In this document: one piece after another, positions 10,900 through 25,200 of the stretch | How positions within the stretch are numbered: position 1 is the stretch's first letter | Layout of the letters: each line of letters begins with the position of its first letter | Source of the DNA: Chlorokybus atmophyticus | Taxonomy: Eukaryota > Plantae > Mesostigma and Chlorokybus algae | DNA: 64,000 nucleotides | NCBI GenBank assembly: GCA_009103225.1 | Contig: RHPI01000277.1 | Location: 20,652 to 84,651, forward strand | Direction: 5' to 3' | Notes under the pieces: generated by a model | Told to the model about the DNA's origin: nothing | Seen by the model: only the letters and a program-made list of their open reading frames with translations | The model's database searches: none | Made by a program: the position numbers and the translations under genes

Positions 10900-13800
10900 C
10901 CCCACCCCCCGCCCGCGCCCACGCTTTTCTACACAGCTGCATACTTGCGCACGCGCATGCCCCCGCGCTCCTCCCTGGCATACACACACAGCCACACCGA
11001 CAGACACGCATGCATCCCCCCAATGTGATGCGTCTGTTTGGTACCGCCAGTGTGTGCCTGCATGCGTGCGGGCATGGTGCGGCAAGAATACCTGTACATT
11101 GCCGTTCCTTCCTTGCGGATCCCGGGACTACCTCACCTTGGAGGCGAGTGGTGGTGGGGTGGTGACGAGCCATGCAATCCCTGTAGATTGCGTGCGTGCG
11201 CGGTGCGTGCGCGTGCACCAGATGCTGTGCACTCACCTTAGATGCCCAGGTGCGACCAGATACACAGTTGGCATGCGCACGTGCGTGCCACCCACTGCAG
11301 CATGCGTGTCAGAAGCAATGGTAAGGTGCCACAGAACAGGTAGCCTGCACAGTCGCACCGTGCACAAGGCAGAACCAACAACAACGACTGAGACCTCAGT
11401 CCCACTTCTAGTCCAGTGATAGTATATGTGGTTGATTACACTGACTCCAGATGCACGCATGCACATGCACCAGCAGTTGGAGTGAAACGATAGCAGGACG
11501 GCCATCAGCTTGCGGTCTGATGACGCAACGGCCTTGCAGCAGCTGCTCTTGCCTTCGCACTGTGTGCTATTGGCGCACGCTGAGCTGCGCCTCTCGTACA
11601 TGATGTTGTCTTTGGAACGGTTGCATTCGTCCTTTGTAGGTCAACATGGCCATGGCGAGCTCAGGGTTTGTACCTCGCAGCACGCTTGCATGCAGCCGCC
11701 TTGAGATGACAAAGCCGTGGCGGCAATGCCGTGTTGCAGTCGGCTGGGCCTCTTGTCTGCATGTGAGAGCGCCACTCTCGGAGCTTAAAGCTCTTTGCCC
11801 CTGCATGGACGTTGCACAAAAAATGCCATGATGAGAATGATGGAGGCCTCTCACCAGATGCTGTGCTACTAATCGTACCACTGAAATATATTGCTACTTG
11901 TACAGTCCATCACTACTAGTAGTAGCGATACTACTGTTACCACGGATAGTCCTGGTCCTAGCAGTACTAGTTCTAGTACTACTAGCACTACAATGAGCCA
12001 GCGGACGTGCCGTGTGTTCTCCGCACTTGCACAAGAGCTTTATGAGTCCGAGAGCGCAAGCGCAGTGCAACTGCGCTTGCGCACATATAACTCCTCNNNN
12101 NNNNNNNNNNNNNNNNNNNNNNNNNNNNNNNNNNNNNNNNNNNNNNNNNNNNNNNNNNNNNNNNNNNNNNNNNNNNNNNNNNNNNNNNNNNNNNNNNNNN
12201 NNNNNNNNNNNNNNNNNNNNNNNNNNNNNNNNNNNNNNNNNNNNNNNNNNNNNNNNNNNNNNNNNNNNNNNNNNNNNNNNNNNNNNNNNNNNNNNNNNNN
12301 NNNNNNNNNNNNNNNNNNNNNNNNNNNNNNNNNNNNNNNNNNNNNNNNNNNNNNNNNNNNNNNNNNNNNNNNNNNNNNNNNNNNNNNNNNNNNNNNNNNN
12401 NNNNNNNNNNNNNNNNNNNNNNNNNNNNNNNNNNNNNNNNNNNNNNNNNNNNNNNNNNNNNCCTCTTCCCCCCAACCGAACCCACACACACACACATCTT
12501 CTCTCTTTTTCTCGAATCCTTTGTCTGGATGCATGCGCTCGTGCACACGTGGCAAGTGCAGCGCTACGACTACTAGCACTTCTCACAGATCTACCGCTAG
12601 TAGTAGTACCTGCACGCTTGCGAGGTGGCCAAGGCGAGCTGGTCCTCCAGGATTACGGCGATGGTGTCACAGAATCGTTGCGCAACAGACGCCCAGCGAC
12701 TCCTCCATGCCAAGTGACCAGGAGCGCTTCTCATAAAGTTTGTGGGAGGACTTACTGCAGATGCGAAGGATAGCAGAAAGGAACTGGCAGCCTGCATTTG
12801 GACGCTCTTTGCGTATGATGCGACTAGGGTCGACAAGCACCATGCAGCATTGCTATATGGTAGCCAGGCACACTGCAGCACAAAGTAACGTAGCAGTATA
12901 TTGGCAGTGTCCTGAGTTTTCTGCAAGTGCAAAGCACAGAAGCTTGTCACCTCACGTGATGCGTATTGGCCTTGCTGAACGCTCTGTCTGCGCCAACTAT
13001 CTGTTGCAAAGGCAATGGGTTTGGGGCAAACTACAAGTGCACGTGGCAGGGCCGCAAGAAGTGCACCGATACCACATTAGGAAGCTATCCAGTGGTGGTG
13101 TCTGCCACCCCTATCACTATGCAGTTGTTGAGTTCAGCGCCAGCCAGCAGCGTAAGCATAGGCTACACAAGGCTTCAAGCCTGCGTAGACACTTACCTGC
13201 ACGCACCTGTACCACGCGCACAATATTGCATTGCAGAAACTGCCAACTATGGGGCAAGCTCGCTTGCACCTTTACGTAGCTGTAGTGTATGCTACCTCAG
13301 TTGTGCTGCAGTTAGCTTGGGAAAAGAGAACGCTAGACAGGCATTGCAGCCTGCGGGATGATGTCTATCAAAGTGATGTGGACTCCTTGATGCATGGCGT
13401 GCATGCCACAAGCACTTCAGCCGATCTGCCACAGCGGCACGCAAGACAGTTGGTACTTTGTCATCGCACACACGGAGTCATGCACGCAAGCACGGACTTA
13501 CAGTATGCAGCGCATGCACGTGCGTACAAGCACACACGCACGTGCGTGCTTGTACACGCTCACGCGTCCCACTAAGCATGCACATGCACGCGCACTGAGA
13601 GTAATGTGTGCTTGGCAATGATACCTGGATGTGTTGCCAAAAAAGCTTGCATAAAACTCATCAATGGTGAGGTGGATGCCTTGTCCATCGGACGCGCTGA
13701 TGACAACGCTATCGCCATCATAGGCAGACTGGACCCACCGCAGCTCGTCATCATCATTCAGTTGCAAAGCCACCAGACCCGAAGAGCGGATATCCTGCAA

Positions 13801-16800
13801 CTGCGAGGCGCTTGATGAAGCCGTTGGTCATCACCATGACCAGCGTAGCCACCAATTCTGAAGATGACACCGCAAGCATGCAGTGTTGTCCGCGGGATGT
13901 TTATCAGCTACAGAAAGCAGGTGTACCAAAGGATGCGCACGAGGTCTTTGAGTCTGATGGCCATACAGGAGGTACACATAGCCCTTGTGCCTGCCATGAC
14001 TGCGCGCGTGAGGCCGACAGCTGAGTGTGCACTGGAAAAGACGTACTTACTGCACATAGGTGACCACACTTGAAGAACAGCAGCGCATCCGTTTGCTCAT
14101 CGCGCATAGGTGACTCATGCAACCGTTGCGGCCGCATTCCAGCACGTGCCACGCGCTGCTGTCACAAGGTGTCTGCCAGCATGCGCTTAATGTACCCGCG
14201 CTGGCTCAAGGCGACGAAGCTGTTTTCAATGGTCACTTCGTAAGCTCGCTGTCATCCCGGATGACAAGGACATTTTGCACTTTGGATCTTTTAGGTATGC
14301 TGTACTTCCACTTCAGCTTCAAAGCGTCTGACTTCGTGACCTGATCAAGCATTGATATGCACACGCACACGTGTGGTTTAAAAACCACTGTTAAGCTCCA
14401 TCAGCATCAATGCCCACTTGTAATATGCGTGTTACCTCCAGCACGTGGCTTTTCTTCCGACGACAGGCTGTTGAGGTTGTTTACTTTTGGAGTTCAAGTC
14501 CTTCAACTCTGCCTTGACCTTGCCAGCTTCAATTGAGGTAAGCCTGCGCAGGCGCATTATGAGCGCGTCCGCGACCTGTTGAGGGGTCAGATCAAAGCCT
14601 GCAATGCGAGCACATGTCAGTGAATGGCATGCGTTGCTGCGTAGTGTGTGCACACGCACAGTTGAGTGTGTACATCTAAGTGTGGAGTGATTAAACCTGT
14701 GTGTGGGTGGGTGCACTTGCGTACACGCATATCAATACACGCTTGGGCGGGTGTGCATGTGCTTGTGCGTTACATGGTTGCCATTCCATTCACAGTTTGC
14801 AGCTTCAACATTACCATCTGCAGTCGGACACCTGTCAACAGCTGTGTTACCAACCGTGTCAGTAACACAGTTGTCAAACATGATTTTTGTAGCGCCAGCG
14901 CACACAACACAGCAGTGCTGCAGTCAGCTCAACTGTGTTGGCAGGTATTCGCATGCAGCTACACAGAATCACTGCTGAGCAATAATGGCAGCGTTACAAC
15001 TCATAGCGGCTGTCTGATTAGGATAGCTTTCACCACTTACTCCAAACCCTTGCCAGCTGGTCATGTGCATGTGTGTGCGCAGGTGTGCATGGCTTTTGGG
15101 ATCAGCGCAGCCGTATATGCAAAGCACTCGGGGCAGCAGGCACGTCAATGTGCGCCGATGGTTTAGCCTCCAAGTTTGCTGCAGCATGCGGCAGTGCATT
15201 TAGTTGACCTTAGAGCACTGCATAACCTCCCACACACGTGCGCCCAAGCACTCAGCCACACGCACATGCACATGCACATGCACGTGCGTGACTCGCGTCT
15301 ATACAGGGCAACAGGGCACTAAGTGCACACTCACTGCCCAGTTTGTGGCCGACAGTGAGCCCCACACACTCCCTCCCCCGCCCCACCTCACCTGCCTCAC
15401 ACCCCCTATTGAAGCCCAGCACAATGAGCCGCCATTCATCTCTGCACGCAGTGCAGCACTCCTCGTTGCACCACGAACATTCGAGACCAAGACAGCTTGA
15501 TGGCCGCGATGCACAGTGCTACATGGCAGCACCTTGCATTGCAGCTGTGGCACACCTGCAGTGAGAGTTAGCTTAGCGGATCTATGCGAGTGGACTTGCT
15601 CAGATACAGGCACAAGGTGCCTTGTCTGCTGCTGCCAAGGCAGCTTGTAGTCAAAGGTTAGGGCAGGCAAAAACAATGTGGCACAGAATGCGAGCAGACA
15701 CCAAGGTCTACTGCAAGCGGACAGAGGCTCCCAAGCATATACAGCCAAAGCCAAACTACTACCACTCAACGGCAACAACTGAACCAAGCCACAAGCACGC
15801 CCACAGGCATGCAAAAAGCACCCACCCAACGCAACAGAAGGCTGCGTGACCATACACGCTTGGTCCAAAGCAATTGATGTTAGCTTGACACCAAACTAAG
15901 CGTTGCCCATGTGATATGAGTCAGTCAGTTGATACAAGCAGCGCCTCCATCTTATCCAGTGCAGCTAACCCCTCCTCAACCAGCTTGTGCTTCTCATGCA
16001 CACAGCCGCCTCTGACTCACTCTACCTGCCTCCATCCTTGAAAGCGCTGCGGCCCCCAAGCTGTGCACGCCAGCGACTGGCCACCGACCCACGCCAAGTT
16101 GTGACGCAACGCCCCACACTGCCCACTCACAAGCTGCTTTCGCGCACTGCCGCAGCGCAAGCAGCTTCGGAGTTAGGGTTTGTATTCCCTTCTGGGGACG
16201 GTTATGAATCGCAGGCGACTTGCTCCTACAGGTACGGGTAGTCATGAGTCATGATGCGATAATAACCCAATCATACCGCACACCATGACGCTCAACCCGG
16301 GAGGCAGACGCGGTTTGGCACAGCGGTTGTTTAGCTGCGCAGCTAGGACAGACAATACGGTATTGCCAATACCTAGGTAGGTAGTTCACACTGTGAAGTT
16401 AATCGCGCAGGCAGACGAATCCATGTTTGTGTTTTCGTGTTTTCGTAAATTGTAAAATTTGCATGCAGCATATTATCAATCTGTGCATTGTATGCTGCAA
16501 GTGCAACTGACAAACCTAACTATTTAATTATATACCCATACAAAATAATACAACTTGTTTATAAATACATAGTTGTTGATAAATCTATTTATTATTCCAA
16601 TGCAATCTGAGCGTGGATATTAATATCCACGTATATATAAGAAAGTTAAGCGCAGTTTGTGACATGATAAGTACAACATGTATACTTTAACAGCAAGGCT
16701 GTGGTTTCAATTCACTGTTGAGAATGTGATATGATATACATTTAGTATAGCTTGTGTTGTTTACGTGTGTAGACGATTTAAAAATTTTTCACCTTCTCAT

Positions 16801-17440
16801 CATATCATAACCAACTCATCCCATTGAGAGAGGCGACACTCAAGTAACTAGAATCAAATGTGCTTGATTTATTTTACTCATTTAAAACATGAGTGTTTTA
16901 GTAATGTTTAAGACGGGGCGTGGCATGCTTAATACTCATTGCTAATCGTGTACGTATGCTGGCACAGTAGCATACCTCTTTTATACATTTGAAGTACAGG
17001 CCGGCAAGCGGGGGTTGTCCTTTGTTTGTTATGCAACTTGAACTTGATTTAGTGATGATAAAATAAGATTGCAATGCATCCATCTTGTTGTTGATAAATG
17101 TATCGGCTATCATGACTTGCTAGCATCACCCTCGAATGTGTTACAAATGGCAAGAGAAACTTTGCATGTACACTCTACGTATTAGTAGCTTTGGTTGCAT
17201 CGATAACATGTTATCGAATAAACAACATTCATTACTAACGAAGACACCAAGCATTGCAATCGTGGGAAATATTGTCAAATGATGCTTACTTTGATATAGC
17301 GGTGAAATACATGACCTATGAAGAATGTCTTGCTGTGTGAAACTGTAGTTAGAGTTTAACAAGCTTTTCATATGCCACAGATAACGGCCGACAGATGTGG
17401 TTACCATGGCTTGCGTGGTAATCACGTAAACAAGGGCTGT
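10900..17440 (-). repeat. Family-1 unit U3 (contains gyrase A insert)
   Basis: Colinear blocks at ~11125, 11622, 12613, 12943, 14820, 15380-15500 and 16131; AT-rich spacer ~16400-17440. Confidence 0.85.
13625..14598 (-). pseudogene. gyrA: DNA gyrase subunit A fragment (tower/coiled-coil end plus CTD blades), spliced structure, frameshifted
   Basis: Pieces FDLTPQQVADALIMRLRRLTSIEAGKVKAELKDL, SFVALSQRGYIKRMLADT, LVMVMTNGFIKR and IRSSGLVALQLNDDDELRWVQ...SVVISASDGQGIHL follow GyrA order. Splice sites AG|14598, 14436|GT, AG|14340 and 13625|GT. Several frameshifts. Confidence 0.9.
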
Positions 17441-19570
17441 TAATTACAAACTTGGGACCAGGTCTCAGGCAATCGCACCCACACGCACAGCGCCGCGGAG
17501 GCGGGAAGAGGGGNACACCCAGCCACTTGCACGCCGGCATGTGCACGTGCACGCATATATTTGGGCACGCATCCCCCCACTGTGGGTGATCCACCCACGC
17601 ACATGCACACGCCTCTACACACCTGCGCGCACAGATGTTGTTTGCAACTGCAGCATATAAAAAACGCTGACAACTCCAGACGCAGTTGACGCCACAGCCC
17701 AACTGCACAAGGGCATGCTTAAGCTGCCTCCAACACCGTATTGGCTTCGGACGTAAGGTGCGTTGGGCAAACCAGCATGTAAGCCATCACAACTTGCTGC
17801 AGCCGGGAGGCGCTGCAGCAGCAGAGCAGATGCCCACAAGTGCTGGTAGGCGGGGGGAGGAAGGGAGGGTTAGGCGTTAGCTTCAGGCCAGGCCACAACA
17901 CACGTCAGCTGTCACTTTGTACATGGGTATCTGGGGTTTCGGTACGTTGCTGATTTTCCTTTGCGNCAGTCAGTGCTGAGCATGTGTACACCCGTGTGAT
18001 CGTGTTGCAGTACTGGCAATGCAGACCGTCTCCTTGTGACAAGGATTGAACATCATGCTACAATTGCAGTTGTTGCTTCATTAGCAAGCCACCACCGCTC
18101 TCCAACTCGTGCCGCCAGCTAAAACCACCACTGCTATGGCACCAATGCGATGCATCACTTGTTAAAACCGCGTGGGTCAGTGTGTTTATACGTGTGCGTG
18201 GTGCATTTGTGTTGTGCAGCAAGGATGCCTGCACAATCCAGTGTCGTGCATGCGACTCCTATGACTACCTCACTTCTATTAAAATCAGGACTGCCTCACT
18301 TGGGAGGTGAGCGGTGGTGCGGCTGTGGTGCGCCTCGCCGTGCAGTGTCTCTGCAAAGTGTGTGCACTTGTGCGTACGGCGCACTACAGATATTGTGAGT
18401 TTGCCTATATGCCTAGGTGCAATAGAATTACACAATTGCATGTGCACGCGCGCCACCCACGGCGGCATGTATGCGTACAGGGTCAACATGTACACATACA
18501 ATGCTTCCCTTCAGTAAAGGAAAGCATTCTTTAGCGTGCGTGTGAGAAGCAGTGGTAAGGTGCGACAGAACAGGCAGCCAACACAGTCGCACCGTCCACA
18601 AGGCTTAGACCATCCGCAACGGCTGACTATCCGTCTCGCTTGTACAGTTACAGTACTACTGTAACTGTACAAGCGTAATACGTCACTGTTGGTTAGGCTG
18701 AGTACAAACGCATGCGTGCACACGCACAAACAGGCAATTGAGGTGGAACATTCGCAGGACAACCAATCAAGCCAAGCTTAGTCTGATGATAAGACGCTTT
18801 AGTGGCGGTCGATGCCGCATGCTGGTGTTGGCAGGAAGTGACCTCGCAGTCGCATTTAACCCCAACCAGTGTGACCATGTCATGCGGGCAAGAAGGGGCT
18901 CAGGTTACAATACCATCAATGGGTGCTTGATGAATATCTGCCAACCCACTTGTCAGGAGTCACGTTATTGCGCTGCACGTGTGTTTTTGGTGCACGCTGA
19001 AGTGCGCTGTTTTCGGCATGAGCGGCTGCAGGGTGGCTTTCCACCAAAGCAGTTCAACACATGCAGAACCTAACAGTCTCTCCTTGCTTTGCGCGCTGCA
19101 GCTTCCATACCTGATGCTGTCTTTCAAACGGTTGCATTCGTCCTTTGTGGGTCAACATGGCGAGGTCATGGTTTCCACCTCCGCAGAACGCGCAACTGCA
19201 ATCTGCGGAGGACGCGGCCGTGGTGATGATGCCGAGTTGCAATCGGTTGGGCATCACCTATCTGCAGGTCAGAAAGAGAGAGATCCTTGCCCCTGCACTA
19301 ATGTTGCACAAAACATGTTGAGAACGATGGCAGCCCCTTGCAGGATGCAGTACTATTGGTCGTAGTACTGCATTGTACTATGACCAGTACTGACCATCAC
19401 TAGCAGTGGTACTAGTAGTAGAGCCACTAAAACTGCCACTACTACTAGTGGTACTGGTAGTAGCGGTACTACTGATGCTCGTAGCACTACTACGGGCCGC
19501 CGAGTGCGCAGTGTGTTCCCTGCACTTGTGGAAGCGCTCCACACCAGTGCCGGGAGCGCAACGCCCCCCN

Positions 19571-20722
19571 AGCCTAACCGTTAGCCTAAAAGTGTAGGGT
19601 AGGCTAAAAGACGATTGCACGTGGACTTTTTCGTGCATACTCTTAAGATCTATGAAACGGTGCGGTTGATGTCAAATAAGAACAAGCGCATTGTGATATG
19701 GGCTAGCAAAGTTGACTTCTGCATCCAACATACAGACATTGTGAGTCAATGCTCAAGTGACTTATTATTAACATGTGTGGATTACACTATCGGATTACAC
19801 TTACACCTTAACAGCTTTCACTTCATGCGCTTTCCTTCTTTGTGGAGTCACATCATCATTTTTTTATGCGCAACCGGTGCGCTAAAATAAGAGCACTGAC
19901 ATTCAGATGATTAAAAATAAGGTGTAGCATTTTTATTCAACATATAATGATGTTTACAACTTACATTGGTTTCTGTAAACTTTAAGTACTATTTCAAGGT
20001 AACAAACAGCATGTTGCATTGATAAGTGCAAAGTGTCTACACACAAACCCATGCTCGTCGTCGCTTTACGTAATAGTTGGCCCATTCTTGATACAGCAAT
20101 GGCCTCGTGTGAATTGACAGTATCACTATCAATGCTTAAAACGTAGTACTTAATATACAAGATTAGTATGGGAATCGGTCTCAGTGGAAGGAGTCGTTTA
20201 CATTATGCCGCAATAACGACGACTTTCGTACTTTGTTTGCATGTGCATTCAATGCGAATAATGATAATGCACATGCATATGTGTTGTCTATGCATTCTGA
20301 GTGAGTTCTTGCGTGAATGGCATGCATAACACTATGCATACAGTGCGCTTATCATGCACACACACTCATCACGCATTAAGAAGTATGCGATACGACTCAA
20401 TGAGGATGTCTTTGCTGTGCAGAACACCCACTACATGCGATAGTTACGGCAGCATAAGTAGAAGTGGTTACATATGTCATAATAGCCTTTGAGTATGTGT
20501 AATAGATGCATCAAGGGCTGCTACATCAATTCTGAGAACTTTTACCCACAGACAAACACATCTTCCTACACACCCGCACATGCGTGTCCCGCAGTTTGTG
20601 TGCATGGGTGCGCACATACGCACAACACACGCATGGCCCCCCGCCCCTCCCACACGAGGCGCATGCGCATGTGATTGTTGGACACTTTGCTTGTTGGTGT
20701 GACTAACAGAGTAGGGGCTTAA
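19571..20722. mobile_element. 1152-bp AT-rich element, copy 1 (apparently identical to 29468-30619)
   Basis: Constant offset of 9897, and four short ORF translations are identical between the copies. Both copies end ggggc-TTAA and then diverge. This copy starts at an N. Confidence 0.6.
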
Positions 20723-22042
20723 ACCCCCCCCGCCCCCTTTCCTCTCTAGGGCGCTCTTTTTCTCTAGCTCTCTGTCATGTGCGTGCATGCATGCATGTGT
20801 ATGTGCCTGCATGCATGCCTGCGTATGTGCGTGTTAGGGGGGGGGGAGGGTGTATGATGATTGTGCAAGGACATGGAGGAGGTGAAGCGACTATGTGCAC
20901 GCACGGTTGGTTGGAGAGAATGCACTGCTATGCGAAGCGCTTCTCACAGTGTATTCATAGTAGTGGTACCTGCACACCTGCGAGGTGGCCAAAGCGAGCT
21001 GGTCTTTGAGCATCTCCGCAATGGTGGCCCCCAATTGTAGCTGAACAGACTTACAACAACTCCTTGCCAAGCCACTAGGAGCGCTTGTCAGGAAGCTTGT
21101 GGGAGGACTTGGTGCAGATGTAATGAATGGCGGAAAGCAACTAGCAGCCTGCGCTGTGACTCTCTTCATATTTGTATACTATGCAAGCACTATGCAGCAT
21201 TGCTGATATGGGTGCTGACATGGGAGCTAAACACACTGTAGCAATAAGCACCCTAGCAGTACTGTAGCAGTGTGTGCGTTTGATGCAAATGCAACGCAGC
21301 AGCTTGTCACCGTGTGGACTGTGTACTGGCCTTTTGTAAACGCTCTATCTGCGCCATCCATCACTTGCAGAGGCAATGGGTATTGGGCCAAGCGCAAGTG
21401 GCAAGGTCTCTAGAAGCTGACTATTCACAGATCAAGAACCTATCCAGTATGGTGTCTGCCATACCTATCACGTGCTAGGCAAATGCTGTATTCAGTGCTA
21501 ACCAACTAAACCATTGGCAACAAGCCTTAAACGCTTCACAAGGCCTTGTAACCTGTGAGAAACACGCACCTGCACCTGTTTAAAGCGCGCAACGGACAGT
21601 GCAAGCAGACAGTGCGACGCACAACCTGCCAACCAGAACACTTGAGCGGCTTTGCGAGCTCAAGCACAGTTGATACCCACGACAGACAACAGGTTGCTGA
21701 TCTCATGTGCGTATCATTGGGCAAGCTCAGTCGCACACCTCACACCGCGTCCGGCTAGTAGTCTGCGGTTGACCCGCCAGCCTGATGCAAAAGTCGAACA
21801 CCAGGTCGCTACCCAAGTGATGGCTTATAAAGGAATCCTGCCATACACACATCTGTTCATGTGCGCATGCATTTACCTTACGGATGCAGTATTAATGCTT
21901 AAAACCTATGCACCGTCTGGTGGCAAAGTTGTTTGCACAACTCGTTTCCCTGTGCATAAGTGTAAGCTGGCAAAATGGTTGTTATGTGCGTGTGCGTGTA
22001 CGTGCGCGTGTGTGTGCGTGCGTTGCATGACCGTTATAGCAC

Positions 22043-22295
22043 CTTGTATATGACGACGGCGTTGTGATGGCGGAACTTGCGTTACACGTGGTTGAGAGTG
22101 TGCGTGACCTCGAAGGTATTGTTCTGGCAGGCTCACGTTGTACAGCACGTCCAGCTCACAATGCAGTGTCATCCGGGTGGCACGCTGTTTGCTTGCATTT
22201 GGTGAACGCGCAGCGGCTACCTGGCCAGGAGAATCGGCCCCAAGCATGCGCTGGTCAATGCCATGAACCACCAACATGAGGTGACCTACAGGAAC
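22043..22295 (-). pseudogene. Isolated exon resembling DDHD-family PA-preferring phospholipase A1 (SGR2-like)
   Basis: tgcag|VPVGHLMLVVHGIDQRMLGADSPGQVAAAR...QPRVTQVPPSQRRRHIQ|gtgcta resembles the VPVxHLxFxVHGIGQRL...RVxFIPCQWRK block of plant SGR2/DDHD lipases. No other exons recognised nearby. Confidence 0.6.
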
Positions 22296-25200
22296 CTGCA
22301 TCGGTAATGCACATGCGGGACTTCAGTAAAGAGCAAGTGAGATAGAGAATGCACAGAAGAGCTGCCTGGCTGAATCAACTCTTGCTGTCAAAATGGTCCG
22401 TGCGAGCACGGGTTTGTTGGACTAGACCAACCCACACACCTGAGCAGTGTTTCTCCCGTTCTACTGGAGCTCCGCAAGTTCTGCTCTACAGAACCAAAAT
22501 CAAACCTCAGTTTTTACATGCACCATGTGGCTGAAGTGTGCCACGCACAGAGGGGTTGTGATGAGGTGTTGACGCCGCCACATGCGCACCAGAGTGCTAA
22601 CATCTGGATGGACTCCATGCATATTACTTAGCCGCGCAGGAGCTTGTAACCGACAGGCTTGAAGCTGGACGAGCCAGTGAACGTGCGGGTGAGCTTCAGG
22701 CCCGTGTTATTGGCACTGCTGAGCGGTAGCGACCGCGTGCAGCTGCTGTCAAAGGAGGACAGCTTGCAGCAATCACTAAAATCCCAGGCTGGTGAGCTCG
22801 TGTGCATAGCTTCTGGTTGCAGCTCGACCACATACAAAATGTACCTGTGGCAGGAAAACAGTCAATTCGCACTGATGGTGCTGCCTCCAAGTTGTCATTG
22901 TGAGCTGGTACTGCTTTGCCACCATGCCAAGATGAGGGTATTGCATTGCATAACCCCACACGCGTCCGTTCAAGCACTCATCCAGCCGCACATGCACAAC
23001 ATAGGTATGTGTGCGTAACCGGGCAGTGCACACCGTACAGTCACTGTGCCCATATTCAACATAGAGTGTGTGCCACAGACTTCCCCCTTCCCCCACCTCA
23101 CTTGCCTGACGCCGCCTGATGTGGCGCACAGCACAACGCACCGCCCCTCATCTCTACCGCGAGTAGGTGATGCACGCAACAACAGCACTCCTCGCTGTGC
23201 CACGCACATCCAAGAGCGAGACAGCTGGATGACCGCAATGCACACTGCAAGGTGGCAGTACCTTGCAGTGCGCATTGCACTGCACAGCTGCAGTGAGCGT
23301 AGCTTACCGGATTTATGCGATTGGACTTTGCTCAATCACCCGCAGGCACCAGCTGCCTCATCTGCTGCTACCTTCAACAGCATGCCAGCGAACACCAGGC
23401 GTACAGTACACTGGCGTGGACGATGAAGGCAAACTTGCACATAGCCAAGCTAGCCCCACTCAACACCGCTAAACGGCAGTAGCTGTGGAAGCATGCCCAC
23501 AGGCATGCTTACAAACAACCAGCGACCAAATCTTATCGCAAGAGAAGGCTGCGTGAACCATGCACTTTAAGACGGACCGAACAGTCAACACAAGCAGCGC
23601 CTCTTTGTCCATGATAGCTGAAAGCTGCTCCTCACCCATCTTGTGGCATGCACATCGGCGGCACCTTGGCCCGCCGCATATGAGCCCCTTGCTTGCCAAT
23701 AAGGCGCTGCGGCGCAACAAGTCTGACCCACACACAACACTACACGCACGGCGCAAACTGCCGCTGCGCAAGATTCTGTGCTAAGGTTGATTACATTCTT
23801 TTGACAGTCTCATTCCCGCTTAGGGACGCTCTGTAGGCTGCATAACTTACAGTTGTGACGGAAAGTTTCCGTCGTCGGAAACCACGCAATTTTCCCAGAG
23901 CCTTGTACTTGTAGCACAGGCTTGACAAGGCCTTGCTAAGCTGAACCTCGCGCGTTCAGCGCTTTATCCAATGTTGCGTTATGATTAACGGTAGGGCCAG
24001 ATCGCCTCCAACTTGACGTTTACATGTATACAATAGGCAGATTCTATGTTAATGGTGCCACAAGTATTTTCCTTCGGTTAACAGCTTGATTATGATTATG
24101 TTGTCTGCCTTTCTCAAGTCATAATGTGTGTTACGTCTGCTTGCATTGCGGCGGCGTATTATTTTATGATGTATTGCATTCATGCAATGCTATCATAGCA
24201 ACACCCGTTAAATTTGGCAATTAATGCAAACAAGGATTTATGCTCAATAACATAGCAAGCAACACTTTCATATATACACATAAAGCACAAGGGTTAACGT
24301 AAACTCCGTAGTAGGTAAATCGCAGGCAACTGTGCCAAGATTCATGTCAGCAAATCAATGCACATAACAAAATCGTTCGGTAATGCATTGTCGAGCATTT
24401 TTGTACATATTCTGTAGCTCTCTAATTACGCACTAACATCCTTGTAATTTGAGTTGCCTACAATGCTATACAAATAGTGGCCGCATACGGCCAATATGGC
24501 AGTTTGCTAACTGTGTTACCTTTAGATGTGGCACATTGCATATGTGTTCTTTCATACATATACAATGGCACATTGCAAAATTCCATCGATGCACACAACA
24601 AAAAGCTGCGACCTTTGATCAGTTGAAACTTTGGTGTAGCACATACATTGTATTGTAATTACCTTTGTGCATGAGTTGTGTAATTTTCACATATGGGCAA
24701 GACATAGCACGTATCTTGGTATGACGATTGCTTGAGGTTACACATTAAACATAATCTTGTTTGCCAATTCATGTCAGTGGTTGCTTGATATAAGTCAATT
24801 GCCAATTCATGTAAGTGATTGCTTGATATAACAAGTGGCACTCGTGCGAGGACGTTACAACGTCGTCAACCACTACAATGGCACTGTATAATGCTAGTAT
24901 AGTGCGCCATAAATGACATGCTTCAACTCTCAAATATACTTTACAATCTGGCTTACAATTGCATGACTTTCTCAGCTTGGCAAACAAGTACAAGACTGCT
25001 ATTACAGATTGATCGTGAGAAATAATGAGTTTTGAATACAAATACACTACTCATTAGAAGTGTCCTTGCTGAGTCACCTTTGACATCAACATAAGCTCTA
25101 CGAGTTCACGATCTAAAGCTCATACACGCAAAATCACGAAAGCTTTAATAGAATTCACGTAATCAAGCAAGGTTTGCGAAGGAGAATAATTGGCCTTCAT

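Noticed and set aside
6823-12773. Long ORFs spanning N-runs (also 49010-50788 and 60115-60493) and poly-Pro starts
   Set aside because: Their length comes from X residues and homopolymers at gaps.
17515-17966. Left-end block of U4 is inverted relative to U1, U5 and U6
   Set aside because: It is bounded by single Ns on both sides, so it is most likely a mis-oriented small contig rather than a biological inversion.
24761-24831. 38-bp period direct repeat, two copies (CRISPR-like?)
   Set aside because: A simple local duplication with no spacers or cas genes, in eukaryotic context.
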